This document shows positions 1 through 8,590 of a stretch of DNA of 64,000 bases, piece by piece. Origin of the DNA: an uncultured Phycisphaerales bacterium (GTDB taxonomy: Bacteria > Planctomycetota > Phycisphaerae > Tepidisphaerales > Tepidisphaeraceae); the NCBI GenBank assembly GCA_963758525.1, contig CAVWVQ010000004.1, forward strand, positions 64,001 to 128,000, in the 5' to 3' direction. Below the pieces are notes generated by a model that saw only the letters and a list, made by a program, of their open reading frames with translations, searched no databases and had not been told where the DNA came from. Each line of letters opens with the position of its first letter. Within the stretch, counting starts at the first letter, position 1. The translations under genes were made by a program, and so were the position numbers.

Positions 1-6
1 GAATGA

Positions 7-123
7 AATCACTGGGAAGACCATCGCATCGACTATCTCAAGGCGACCGGCCTTCACATTTGCCTCTTGATCAACTTCGGGAAACCGCAAGTGGACGTTA
101 AACGCATCGTACGAAGTCTCTGA
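7..123 (+). pseudogene. C-terminal fragment of a GxxExxY (PD-(D/E)XK-like) protein
   Basis: Frame +1 reads ...IDYLKATGLHICLLINFGKPQVDVKRIVRSL*, matching the typical GxxExxY C-terminus (YLKATG..LLINFG). In-frame TGA at 4-6, so it is truncated or frameshifted. Confidence 0.7.
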
Positions 124-127
124 TCAA

Positions 128-180
128 TCTGCGTTCATCGGCGTTTATCAGCGGTTCAATCTCTTTCCCTGCGTTCATCC
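128..180 (+). repeat. 10-bp-period tandem repeat (TCTGCGTTCA TCGGCGTTTA TCAGCGGTTC) directly after the GxxExxY fragment
   Basis: Three degenerate decamers plus a fourth partial copy (CTGCGTTCATCC). Confidence 0.65.
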
Positions 181-217
181 ACGGCCAGAGCGGACCGGTC
201 GCGCGAGATGTTTGCGT

Positions 218-1228
218 TTAATTCAAATCCACGGGTGTCGCCAGCGGCACAGGCTGATTCCATGGCGTCTTGCCGTCAAACACGGCGTTGAAGAGGTAGG
301 TGATCTTCCCGTTCTCGATCAAAAGCCACGGCCGTTCGCGGCGCACAGGGTTGAACTCGGTGCCGTCGGTCCAGTGAATGGTGTCGTCGTAGGCAATCGG
401 TTGCGGAGCCGCCCGCCAATGGCTGATGCCGTCGTCGGAGATCAGATGCCCGCCCCACCGCTTGTCGTGGCCGGTCAGCTTGCCGCCGTTATCTTCGCAA
501 ATGAGATGATAGGTGCCCCCTTTTTTGAACATGAAGAAATCCTCCAGCTTTCCCGATGGCCAGAGATTTTTATTCGCGACCGTGTAAGGCCCGTCGAACG
601 ATTTCGCGACGGATTCACAGACGCGCAGTCTGTCGGTACGCCAGACCAGCTTCACGCTGCCGTCCGGCTCGAACCACGCCGCAGGATTGTTCGCATCGCC
701 GGCGACGCCAAGGTCCAGCGGCTTGTCCCGCCGCGTCCACGGACCGGCGACGGAAGAGGCAGTGGCGATCCCAATCTGCCGGAGGCTGGAGCCAACATCA
801 CTTCCGATGTAGTACAAGACGAACGTGTCGCCGACCTTATAGATGGCAGGATTGTGCGCCATGGCGCTGTCCCATTTGCCGGCGGCGCGTTTCCCGATGA
901 CGACTTCCTTAAACTCGTAGGGGCCTTGCGGCTTGGACGCTTCGGCGCGGACGATCTCGGAGTGTTGCCGATAGCCTTCGGGGAATTTCGTGCTGGCCGG
1001 CCAGCGCGAGGCGAACATCTCGTAAGCGTCGCCAACCTTGATGACCGAGCCGCACCAGACTTTGAAACCGTCCATCGCAAAGCCAGTCCCTTTTGCGACG
1101 GGTGCAAACGCACTTGGCTCAATGCCCACCGACGCCGTAGCCGGCGGCTCACTGCCGAACGCCGGACAATGGGCCAGCGACAGAAATGCGACCGCGCCGA
1201 TCATCAACAGATTATTGAGCTTGGCCAT
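218..1228 (-). CDS. Secreted five-bladed beta-propeller glycoside hydrolase (GH43/32/62/68/117/130-like clan)
   Basis: Signal peptide MAKLNNLLMIGAVAFLSLAHCPAFG; motifs VWCGSVIK..YEMFASRW, SEIVRA..GPY, HNPAI, NNPA, LEDFF, RRERPWL. Start placed at ATG 1228 because the upstream ORF extension is repeat DNA. Confidence 0.8.
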   Translation of the reverse strand: MAKLNNLLMIGAVAFLSLAHCPAFGSEPPATASVGIEPSAFAPVAKGTGFAMDGFKVWCGSVIKVGDAYEMFASRWPASTKFPEGYRQHSEIVRAEASKPQGPYEFKEVVIGKRAAGKWDSAMAHNPAIYKVGDTFVLYYIGSDVGSSLRQIGIATASSVAGPWTRRDKPLDLGVAGDANNPAAWFEPDGSVKLVWRTDRLRVCESVAKSFDGPYTVANKNLWPSGKLEDFFMFKKGGTYHLICEDNGGKLTGHDKRWGGHLISDDGISHWRAAPQPIAYDDTIHWTDGTEFNPVRRERPWLLIENGKITYLFNAVFDGKTPWNQPVPLATPVDLN

Positions 1229-1276
1229 GATGCACCGACACCTGTAATTGAACCTGACGAACAACGATCTAAAACA

Positions 1277-1678
1277 ACCACAGAGGGGGAAGAGCCCACA
1301 GAGATCACAGAGCGAATTTAAGTGCAGGCAGCCGTGATCGGCCGCAATTCTGCAACTGAGTTTCGGGACCACGCTCTGTCTCTGTGCCACAACCCATTGA
1401 GATCTTCGCGCGCTGCGCAAATTTTCCCGGGCAGGCGATCAGCCAAAAGATCAAGAGCCGCGAAGACGCGAAGCCGCGAAGACAAACGCGAAGGAAGACA
1501 ATTCAATTGCACCTGAAACCCGAGGGCACAATTCCTTGGGCTTCGATCCCGCATTTTTGATTTTCTTACCTTCGCGTCTCTCTTCGCGTCTTCGCGTCTT
1601 CGCGGCTCTTCGTTTTGGTTGCGGCCGAGCGAAGCGAGGCAGCGCCGGGATCTCTGTGAGCTCGGTGTCCTCTGTGGT
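1277..1678. repeat. Nested inverted tandem-oligomer repeats: outer ACCACAGAG 9-mers (1277-1312 / 1652-1678), inner CGCGAAGA 8-mers (1453-1494 / 1569-1610)
   Basis: The inner arms form a 42-bp inverted repeat with 3 mismatches. The outer arms are reverse-complementary 9-mer arrays. Confidence 0.85.
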
Positions 1679-1728
1679 CGACTTTTGATCCGCGAGAACC
1701 ACGAGGTGTCCGTCCTCGTTCAACACGG

Positions 1729-1860
1729 TCATCGCTGCCCCGATGATGCTCGCCGGCGACCGCACAGCAATGGTCCCGCTCCGGCAAAAATCAGCAGTGC
1801 CGTGCTGGGTTCAGGAGCAGCGCTGTAATCAAGGTACAGCGCCTCGTTGCCCGCGCTCAG
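1729..1860 (-). pseudogene. Orphan PEP-CTERM sorting-signal remnant
   Basis: Translates as ...LYLDYSAAPEPSTALLIFAGAGPLLCGRRRASSGQR* (PEP + hydrophobic stretch + basic tail). No long upstream ORF. Confidence 0.65.
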
Positions 1861-2257
1861 TTCCACCGCCGGTAATCGTGCCGCCTGCGGCGGCAGTTGG
1901 GGTAACCACAATGCCCCCAACTGACCGTCAGCGTATCGGCAGCGGTCATGGTCAAACGGGCCGTTGCACCACTCATCTCATCCATATGCGCGGAAGCACG
2001 CTCAAACTGCCCCACTGCAGAGCTGAGGAGCAGACGGTCGCAGAGCCTGGTGAGTTTCATCATTTCGGCACTTCGGGTCTCAGAAAATTGTCCCTCAAAT
2101 TGCTCGCCGCGATCTGCGTCAATTCGCGAACGTGAGGCGCTCGCCCCTGTCATCCCCGCTCCGGGTGAAAGTTCGCCGTCAACTTCAAGCTGGGACGACT
2201 TCGCCGCCGGTGAAGCCTCGCCAATCAGTAGGCCAATCGCATTCGGGGAAAGGGTGG

Positions 2258-2393
2258 GAGGGAAAGTTAAAAGGTTGAAGAGTGAAAGGGGGAACGCGCC
2301 CGGCAACTGGCATTTTACTTCACCCTTTTCACTTCACTCTTCACCCTTCGGATTTACTTCACCCTTCTCACTTCACCCTTCACTCTTTCCCTC
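2258..2393. repeat. TTCAC(C/T)C oligomer array with a 39-bp-period direct duplication and a purine-rich inverted arm
   Basis: TTTACTTCACCCTT(T/C)TCACTTCAC(T/C)CTTCAC starts at 2314 and again at 2353. Complementary GAAGAGTGAAAGGG arm at ~2258-2290. Confidence 0.75.
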
Positions 2394-2417
2394 ACGGAAG
2401 CCCCCGGCTGCCGGCAA

Positions 2418-5400
2418 TTACCCGTTGGCGCCGGCTGTGCGTGCACGCCGGCGACGCCGGCTTGTCAGCATAGGCAATGCGCCGGCCAGCAGCAGCATCG
2501 CAGTGCCGGGCTCGGGGGTGGCGTTGTAAACGACATCCAAGCTGTAGGAAGAGGTGCCCAGGTACTCCAGTTCCAACACGGGAGCACCGAATGCGTACCC
2601 GCTTGAAAATTCGCCCGGGGGCATGGCCAAGACAAAGGGACTGCTCCCGGCGGAGGCGCCGGCTGTCGCCAAGACCGTCACAGGACTTCCCGAGGTCGGC
2701 GCTGGGTAACTTGCGAGATTGCCTGTTCCCAACCCGCTCAGCTGGCTGATCCCTCCGGCGATCACCCAGTCCTCCGATGTCGCCGTGGGAAGCGCAGCGC
2801 CGTTGGCGGTGACCGTGAATGGTGTGGCCGAGGAGATGGTCGAGTCAAACGTCAACGTGCCGCCGCCTGTGGCATTCAGAAACATCTCGTCATTGGATGG
2901 CGTCCCCGAGGTGTTGAACACCCGGGCGGTGTAGCCGCTGCTGCCTTTCCAGGTTTGACTGCCTGTTGTCAGTGTCTTAGCTGTGTTCGTGACGCCATCG
3001 TTCACGGCGATTGTGCCGCCAGTCAGCGTAACCAGCCCGCTTCCCAGCCCCGTATTGGTTGCCTGCACGATGCCGGCTGAGATCGTCGTCCCGCCCGTAT
3101 ACGTGCTTGCACCGGTTAGAGTCTGTTTTTCTGTCGGATTGTTGAGGTTGACGACCAAGGCGACCACCCCGGCAGTCCCGCCGGTTCCAGTGTTCTGTAT
3201 CGTGCCGCCAAAGCTCTGGCTGGACACGCCATTCAACGTCAGCGTCGAAGTGCTGCTGCCAACGCTGTTGGTGACAATCCCGTTCGTCCCGGCCCCGATG
3301 AACCCGGCGACCGTGGCGGCGCTCTTCCCGCCGAGGTCGAGGGTCGGGGTGTTTGCGTTATTGCCGAATGTCACGTAGCCGGTGCCGAAGGTGCCCGTGC
3401 CACTTGCGGCCGAATTCAGTACCGTGCCGTTGTTAATGATCAACCCGCCGCCGAACGCGTTGGCCGTCCCGCTGAGGGTCAGCGTGCCAGCGCCGATCTT
3501 GGTGAAGGCAAACGCACCAGTTGAGTTAAAGCCGCCGAGATTACCCGCGCCGCCAATCTGGCCACCGATGTTGGTAATGTTGCCCGAGAGCGCGACAGCA
3601 TTGCCGTTCGTATCGATGGTGCCGCCTGTCGCCCCGATGGTGACCGCCTTGGAGGAAGTAATCGCATTGGCCGCTTGCAGCGTGCCGCCGTTGAAGGCAA
3701 ACGATGCCGCCGATCCGATGCCGTTGGAGGTTGTATTAAGGGTGCCGCCGTTGAGGTAAATGCCGCCAGTAAAGGTATTGGCACCCGACGTTGGATTGAG
3801 AGTCAGCAGACCCGCGCCACTCTTCGTCAGCCCAGTCGCGGAGGTGTTGTTGGCGATGACTGATCCGATCGTCAAACCGCCGCCTGCCGTGGCATCATTT
3901 TGAATGACAATGAGATCACCGCCGCTAAAACCTTCGAGCGTGCCGCCGGTGATGCTTAAAGCGTTCGCACCGACATTCGACGTTACAAGGATACCGCCGG
4001 AGGTGACGATTCCAGTTCCCGTCTGCGTCACCACGTTCGCGGCCGCCGTGTTGAAGCGGATGCTGTTGGTCGAACCAGCGGGGAACGCATCGCTCGTAGT
4101 CACGTTCGTGTTCGTACCGGCGCTGAACGTGTCAGCCGTGTAGCCAGTATAAGCAATGATGTTACCGCCCGACGAATTCGTGGCATTGGTTGCCCAATCG
4201 GACCCCCCTACCGTGGCGTAGGCGCCGAGGATGCCGTTGGTGTTCGTGTTGACCGTCGTAAAGCCGTTGATCGTACTCTGCGGGCCGTTCGGCAACACGA
4301 AATTCACCGTGCCGCCCACCGCGCGAGAACCCGCCGCGGCAAAGCTCACCAGCGTGCCCATGCCGCTGTTATTTACCGCCGTCACCGTCGAAGACCCCGC
4401 GTTGACCACCAACCCGCTGTTGAACGGCTGGCTCGTCGTGCCCGCCAAGTTGCCGTATTCCACGAAGGTGCCCCCGCCCACGTTCAACGCTACGTTGTTA
4501 TTCCCGTTTGAGTAAGCGCCCACATACCCGTTGCCGACCTGAAAAGTTCCACCGTTGACCGTCAACCCGCTCGAGCCGATTTCGGTGTTGGCGATGATTT
4601 CCGTGCCACTGTCGAGGGTCAAGTTCACAACCCGCCCGGGGGAATAGTTGCCAATGATCCCCGCAAAGCTAGCCGTGCCCGAGCCAATGAGTATCCAATT
4701 ACCAGTGCCGCCACCGCTGGAGAAATCTCCATTGGAAGCATTAGTCCCTTGGGCATCCGCCAGCAGACCAGAGGTGATGGTGTTTGCGCCGACGTTGATG
4801 CCGCCGCCGCCCGCGCCAGTGTAGACTTGGTTGCCGAAGGTGACATTGCCCGTGCCGAATGGTGTGCCGCCGGAGTTAAAGGCCAGTCGCCCACCGTTGA
4901 AGTAGAGGCCCCCGCTGAACGAGTTGTTGATGTTGTAAAAGCCGATATATCCACCGCTGGAGAGCCCCGAGGCGGCCACCGACAATGGGGTGGCGCCGTT
5001 ATCGACAATCAGCGAACTCAGGTTTAATGTCGCCGAGCCGCTATTGTTAATGGCTGCCAACTGCCCGCCAGTGGTACCCGTGATCGTGCCGCCGGTGATC
5101 GTGCCCCCGCCGCTTGCCGCCGAGGTCTGCAGAATGCCCCCGGCTTGAATCGTGTTCACCCCGGTCAGGGTCAAAGTGTATCCCGTGGCGTTGTTGAAGC
5201 GGATGCTGTTAGGCGTGATTGCCGCCGTCGGTGTCGCCGAAGCGTTAAAATCAATATTCTGTGCCGTGTAGTTCGCGGGCACATTCAGTGCGGTTCCCGT
5301 CTCGGTATAGCTGCCGGTCGCCAAGCCCGTGATCGCTCCACCGGACGTCGCGGGGGCAACCGCCCATGTTGTTTTGCCGCCATAGGTCGCGAAGCCGCCG

Positions 5401-7526
5401 AGGATGCCGTTGACGTTGCCACTGGTGGTCGTGATCGAACTCGTCGTATTTGGGTTGATGTCCGCCGTCGCCCCGCCCGTGGAGGTAATTGCGCCCAAGT
5501 TGAGCGTCTGGTAGGCGGTGGAGGTCGTAACCGAGTTTTCGCCCGCGGCGAAAGTCGTGCTGGCGAAACTCTGCGTCTCGGCGGTGGTGCCGCTCACGCG
5601 GGTGTAGTTCAAGATGCCGCCGTTCGCAAAGCCACCGAGAACAAGGGCACTGCTAGAACTAATCGATCCTGTGGCACCCCCATTGCCCAGGTTCAGGGTG
5701 CTGCCCGTCACCGTCGTCGTGCCCGTATAAAGATTCGCGCCAGTCAATGTGATCGTATTGCTAAAGCCCGCTAAGGTGAGGCTACCCGCCCCGCTGAACA
5801 CCCCCGAGGTCGTCGAATTCGCGTTGTTGATCGGGTTGCCGATCGTCAGCGTGATCGGGGCTGGGGTTCCGGCGTTATTCTGCAACAGGTAGCTGTTGTT
5901 CGCCGTGGTGCCGACGGAACCGAAGGTGAATGCGTTGCTCGTCACCAAGCTATCAAACGTGATCGAACCAGGAGACGTGAAACTGACCGCGCTGTTCTGC
6001 AACGCCAGCGAGTTTTGCAGGTCAAGCTTCCCGGCCGTCACCGTCGTCGCCCCCGTGAACGTGCCTGTTCCAGACAGGACGGCGGTTCCAGTGGATATGC
6101 CGTTGATCGTCAATGCACCCGAACCACCGATGTTCGCGCTGGTGGTGATCGTGCTGCTGGCTGCCGGTTCAATCGTCAGCGTCGCGCTATCAAGAATCGA
6201 CCCGCTTGCCAACGAACCGTTCGTCGTCTGGTTGCCCAACTGAAGGATGCCAGCGGCAATAGTCGTCGCACCCGTATAGGTTTCAGCAGCCGTTAGGATC
6301 AATGAGTTTGTGCCCAGCTTACTCAGGCCAATCACGTTGGAGCCGCTGTTGGTGTTGGCGACCACATTGCCGTAGGTCGTGGTGGCGGCGGTCGTGTCGA
6401 TCCCCAGAAACGATCCATTCTCAAATCCGCCGCTGGCGGTGCCAAGGCCGGACAAGGTGTTGATGTCCGAATTAGTGAAATATGGGGTCGTGTTGTTGTC
6501 GACCTCGAAAGCCAGCGTCGCCCCAGGCTGCACGACGATGTTGCCGGCCGTCCAGTCGGCGGAGATGTTGTCATAGAGCGACACTTCCTTGGTGAACTCC
6601 ATCGTACCGGCCTTCACAGTCGTGAGGGCGCTGGTATTGGTGTTGGTTCCCGTGAGTGTCATCGATTGCAGCACGCTATTTTCGGTGACAGCGCTGACGG
6701 TAAGGCCGAGGTTGCCACTGATCAGGAAACTGCTGCTGACGGCGCCGCTGGCGCTGCTGGAGTTGTCGGTGATGGTGACAGCCTGTCCGACTCCTGAAGC
6801 CCCGCCGACGTTGCCGCTGAGCGTCATCGCCTGGGTCGGTGCAGTGCCCTGAATGAGCTGGTTCACGACAAGATTGATTCCCCCGCCACCGCCGATCGTG
6901 TTGCCGAGGCCGGCAATGGAGGAAAATTGGTCGGTGTTGTTTCCCGTAGTATTGAGAACGTTCAAAGTGAGCGTTCCCGCAGTGTTGTTGATGACCCCGC
7001 CGTTCAACTCCGGGCCGCCACCGCCGGTCACGGTGGAGCCGATATCCAGCGAAGTGTTCATCAGGATTTGGGGAGCGATGATGATATGTGCTCGGCTATT
7101 CGTAGTGGTGTCGGCGATGGCAGCGTTGCTATCGCCAAACGGGTTGACGACACCTCCGGTGTTGTCCATCGTGATCGTGTTGGCCGAGTTGCTGATGGTC
7201 CAGTTAGAGCCGGCAGAATTGGTGAGCTGCCCGAGGGTGATACTCAAATCGAGGTTGGTCGTCGGCGTTGTCAGGGCGCTGGTGGCGATGTTGCCTGCGC
7301 CGGTAGCGGGGCCGGCAGGAGACCATTCGCCGCTCGTGTCCCAGCTACCCGTGGTGCTCTGCAGCGTAAAGGTGGTTACGGCCGCATAAGCAGAGCGGCT
7401 CAGCAGCATCCCCGACAACGGCAGAACGGCCGCAGCGATGCGGAGCTTCCGCCGCCGGGCGGCTTGCTGGTCCGATTGTGCCTTGATGTTGTTTCCGCCG
7501 GTGATTGTCCTGCTCTTGCCCGTCAT
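2418..7526 (-). CDS. Large secreted autotransporter-associated beta-strand repeat protein with PEP-CTERM sorting signal
   Basis: Signal peptide ..AAAVLPLSGMLLSRSAYAA; many K.G.G.L.L...NT(Y/F)TG.T.(I/V)..G.L repeats; C-terminal YNATPEPGTAMLLLAGALPMLTSRRRRR. GGAGG RBS precedes ATG 7526. Confidence 0.9.
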   Translation of the reverse strand: MTGKSRTITGGNNIKAQSDQQAARRRKLRIAAAVLPLSGMLLSRSAYAAVTTFTLQSTTGSWDTSGEWSPAGPATGAGNIATSALTTPTTNLDLSITLGQLTNSAGSNWTISNSANTITMDNTGGVVNPFGDSNAAIADTTTNSRAHIIIAPQILMNTSLDIGSTVTGGGGPELNGGVINNTAGTLTLNVLNTTGNNTDQFSSIAGLGNTIGGGGGINLVVNQLIQGTAPTQAMTLSGNVGGASGVGQAVTITDNSSSASGAVSSSFLISGNLGLTVSAVTENSVLQSMTLTGTNTNTSALTTVKAGTMEFTKEVSLYDNISADWTAGNIVVQPGATLAFEVDNNTTPYFTNSDINTLSGLGTASGGFENGSFLGIDTTAATTTYGNVVANTNSGSNVIGLSKLGTNSLILTAAETYTGATTIAAGILQLGNQTTNGSLASGSILDSATLTIEPAASSTITTSANIGGSGALTINGISTGTAVLSGTGTFTGATTVTAGKLDLQNSLALQNSAVSFTSPGSITFDSLVTSNAFTFGSVGTTANNSYLLQNNAGTPAPITLTIGNPINNANSTTSGVFSGAGSLTLAGFSNTITLTGANLYTGTTTVTGSTLNLGNGGATGSISSSSALVLGGFANGGILNYTRVSGTTAETQSFASTTFAAGENSVTTSTAYQTLNLGAITSTGGATADINPNTTSSITTTSGNVNGILGGFATYGGKTTWAVAPATSGGAITGLATGSYTETGTALNVPANYTAQNIDFNASATPTAAITPNSIRFNNATGYTLTLTGVNTIQAGGILQTSAASGGGTITGGTITGTTGGQLAAINNSGSATLNLSSLIVDNGATPLSVAASGLSSGGYIGFYNINNSFSGGLYFNGGRLAFNSGGTPFGTGNVTFGNQVYTGAGGGGINVGANTITSGLLADAQGTNASNGDFSSGGGTGNWILIGSGTASFAGIIGNYSPGRVVNLTLDSGTEIIANTEIGSSGLTVNGGTFQVGNGYVGAYSNGNNNVALNVGGGTFVEYGNLAGTTSQPFNSGLVVNAGSSTVTAVNNSGMGTLVSFAAAGSRAVGGTVNFVLPNGPQSTINGFTTVNTNTNGILGAYATVGGSDWATNATNSSGGNIIAYTGYTADTFSAGTNTNVTTSDAFPAGSTNSIRFNTAAANVVTQTGTGIVTSGGILVTSNVGANALSITGGTLEGFSGGDLIVIQNDATAGGGLTIGSVIANNTSATGLTKSGAGLLTLNPTSGANTFTGGIYLNGGTLNTTSNGIGSAASFAFNGGTLQAANAITSSKAVTIGATGGTIDTNGNAVALSGNITNIGGQIGGAGNLGGFNSTGAFAFTKIGAGTLTLSGTANAFGGGLIINNGTVLNSAASGTGTFGTGYVTFGNNANTPTLDLGGKSAATVAGFIGAGTNGIVTNSVGSSTSTLTLNGVSSQSFGGTIQNTGTGGTAGVVALVVNLNNPTEKQTLTGASTYTGGTTISAGIVQATNTGLGSGLVTLTGGTIAVNDGVTNTAKTLTTGSQTWKGSSGYTARVFNTSGTPSNDEMFLNATGGGTLTFDSTISSATPFTVTANGAALPTATSEDWVIAGGISQLSGLGTGNLASYPAPTSGSPVTVLATAGASAGSSPFVLAMPPGEFSSGYAFGAPVLELEYLGTSSYSLDVVYNATPEPGTAMLLLAGALPMLTSRRRRRARTAGANG

Positions 7527-7629
7527 TCGTCCGCCTCCGAAGAACCCACCCGAGTTACACGCGGCATCCAGTCCGATAAGCGAAACGTGGAAAACTCCCA
7601 TCCGCTCTCGGGTCGCCGCACTGTTGGGG

Positions 7630-7693
7630 ACTCTACCGCAGGTCCAAGCCACTGCAAGGATGTTTTTGTCACAAGTTTATGTGCTTTTGTAAC
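7630..7693 (-). promoter_or_regulatory. Putative activator-dependent sigma70 promoter with direct-repeat operator (site 1)
   Basis: Minus strand: GTTACA-N15-GTGACA-N9-TTGCAG-N16-TAGAGT, upstream of the PEP-CTERM gene. Confidence 0.65.
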
Positions 7694-7762
7694 AGATTTC
7701 CCGCTTCCGGACGGCGGATTGGGCGACAAATACGTAGTTGGGGGGAAGGGGGAGGGGGAAAA

Positions 7763-7810
7763 AGGGACAGAGGGACAAAGGGACAAAGGGACAGAGGGAC
7801 TGAGGGGCTA
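7763..7810 (+). repeat. Octamer tandem repeat AGGGACA(G/A) x~6
   Basis: AGGGACAG AGGGACAA AGGGACAA AGGGACAG AGGGACTG AGGGGCTA. Confidence 0.85.
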
Positions 7811-8067
7811 AGGGGAGAGCGACAGCGGGTGGTTTGGGCGCTTGGGATCGCGATTCGCTCCGGAGCGCAGCGTCTATAACCGGAGATCGCTGCCGATGAC
7901 AAAAGTGCAGCAATTGGCACCGCAAGTAATTTTTAGGGCAGAACGCACAGACGGGATGGACGGAGAAGGCGGAGAAGCGTTCCGAGGCAGAATATCTCTT
8001 CTGGCGGAATATGCCATTGTCGGACTTTCGCCGCCGCGGGACCGGGGCGGGCGATGACGAGGGATCG

Positions 8068-8590
8068 ATGACCCAATCGCAGACGCCCAAGGAGTTCGCA
8101 TATCAGTTGCTGCGCGCTCAGCCGCACATATACGGCTATGTGTATTCGTTACTTCCGAATACGGACGCGGCGATGGACGTGCTGCAGGAAACGAACCTGG
8201 TGCTCTGGCGAAAGTCCAACGAGTTTGTGGGGGGGAACTTTTTTGCGTGGGCCTGCAGCGTCGCGCGGTTCTGCGTGCTTTCTCACAGACGGGACCTGGC
8301 CCGCGAGAAGCGGGTGTTCAGCGACGAGTTGATCGAAGATCTCGCGGATCAGTTCGAGCAGCGGTTGCCCAGGGTGAATTTGATGGCGGAAGCTTTGGAA
8401 CGGTGCCTGGAGAAGCTCACTGCGGAGGACCGCGAGCTGCTCAACGCCCGCTACTCCCACGGGGGATCGGTGGCCCAGGTGGCGGCGCAGCGGGGAAGAA
8501 CTGTCAACGCGATCTCCCGTGCCTGCTACCGCCTGCGCGATACTGCTTGACTGCATCCACGGGTCACTGGCGAAGGAAACTGCCCTATGA
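8068..8590 (+). CDS. ECF RNA polymerase sigma factor (Rhodopirellula/Verrucomicrobium type), apparent frameshift at ~8542
   Basis: Region 2 IYGYVYSLLP..AMDVLQETNLVLW..FFAWA; region 4 LERCLEKL..RELLNARY. An alternative frame after 8542 gives LLDCIHGSLAKETAL*, whose stop overlaps the next start (ATGA at 8587-8590). Confidence 0.85.

Noticed and set aside
2418..7526. Classical type V autotransporter
   Set aside because: No C-terminal beta-barrel; the protein ends in a PEP-CTERM signal.
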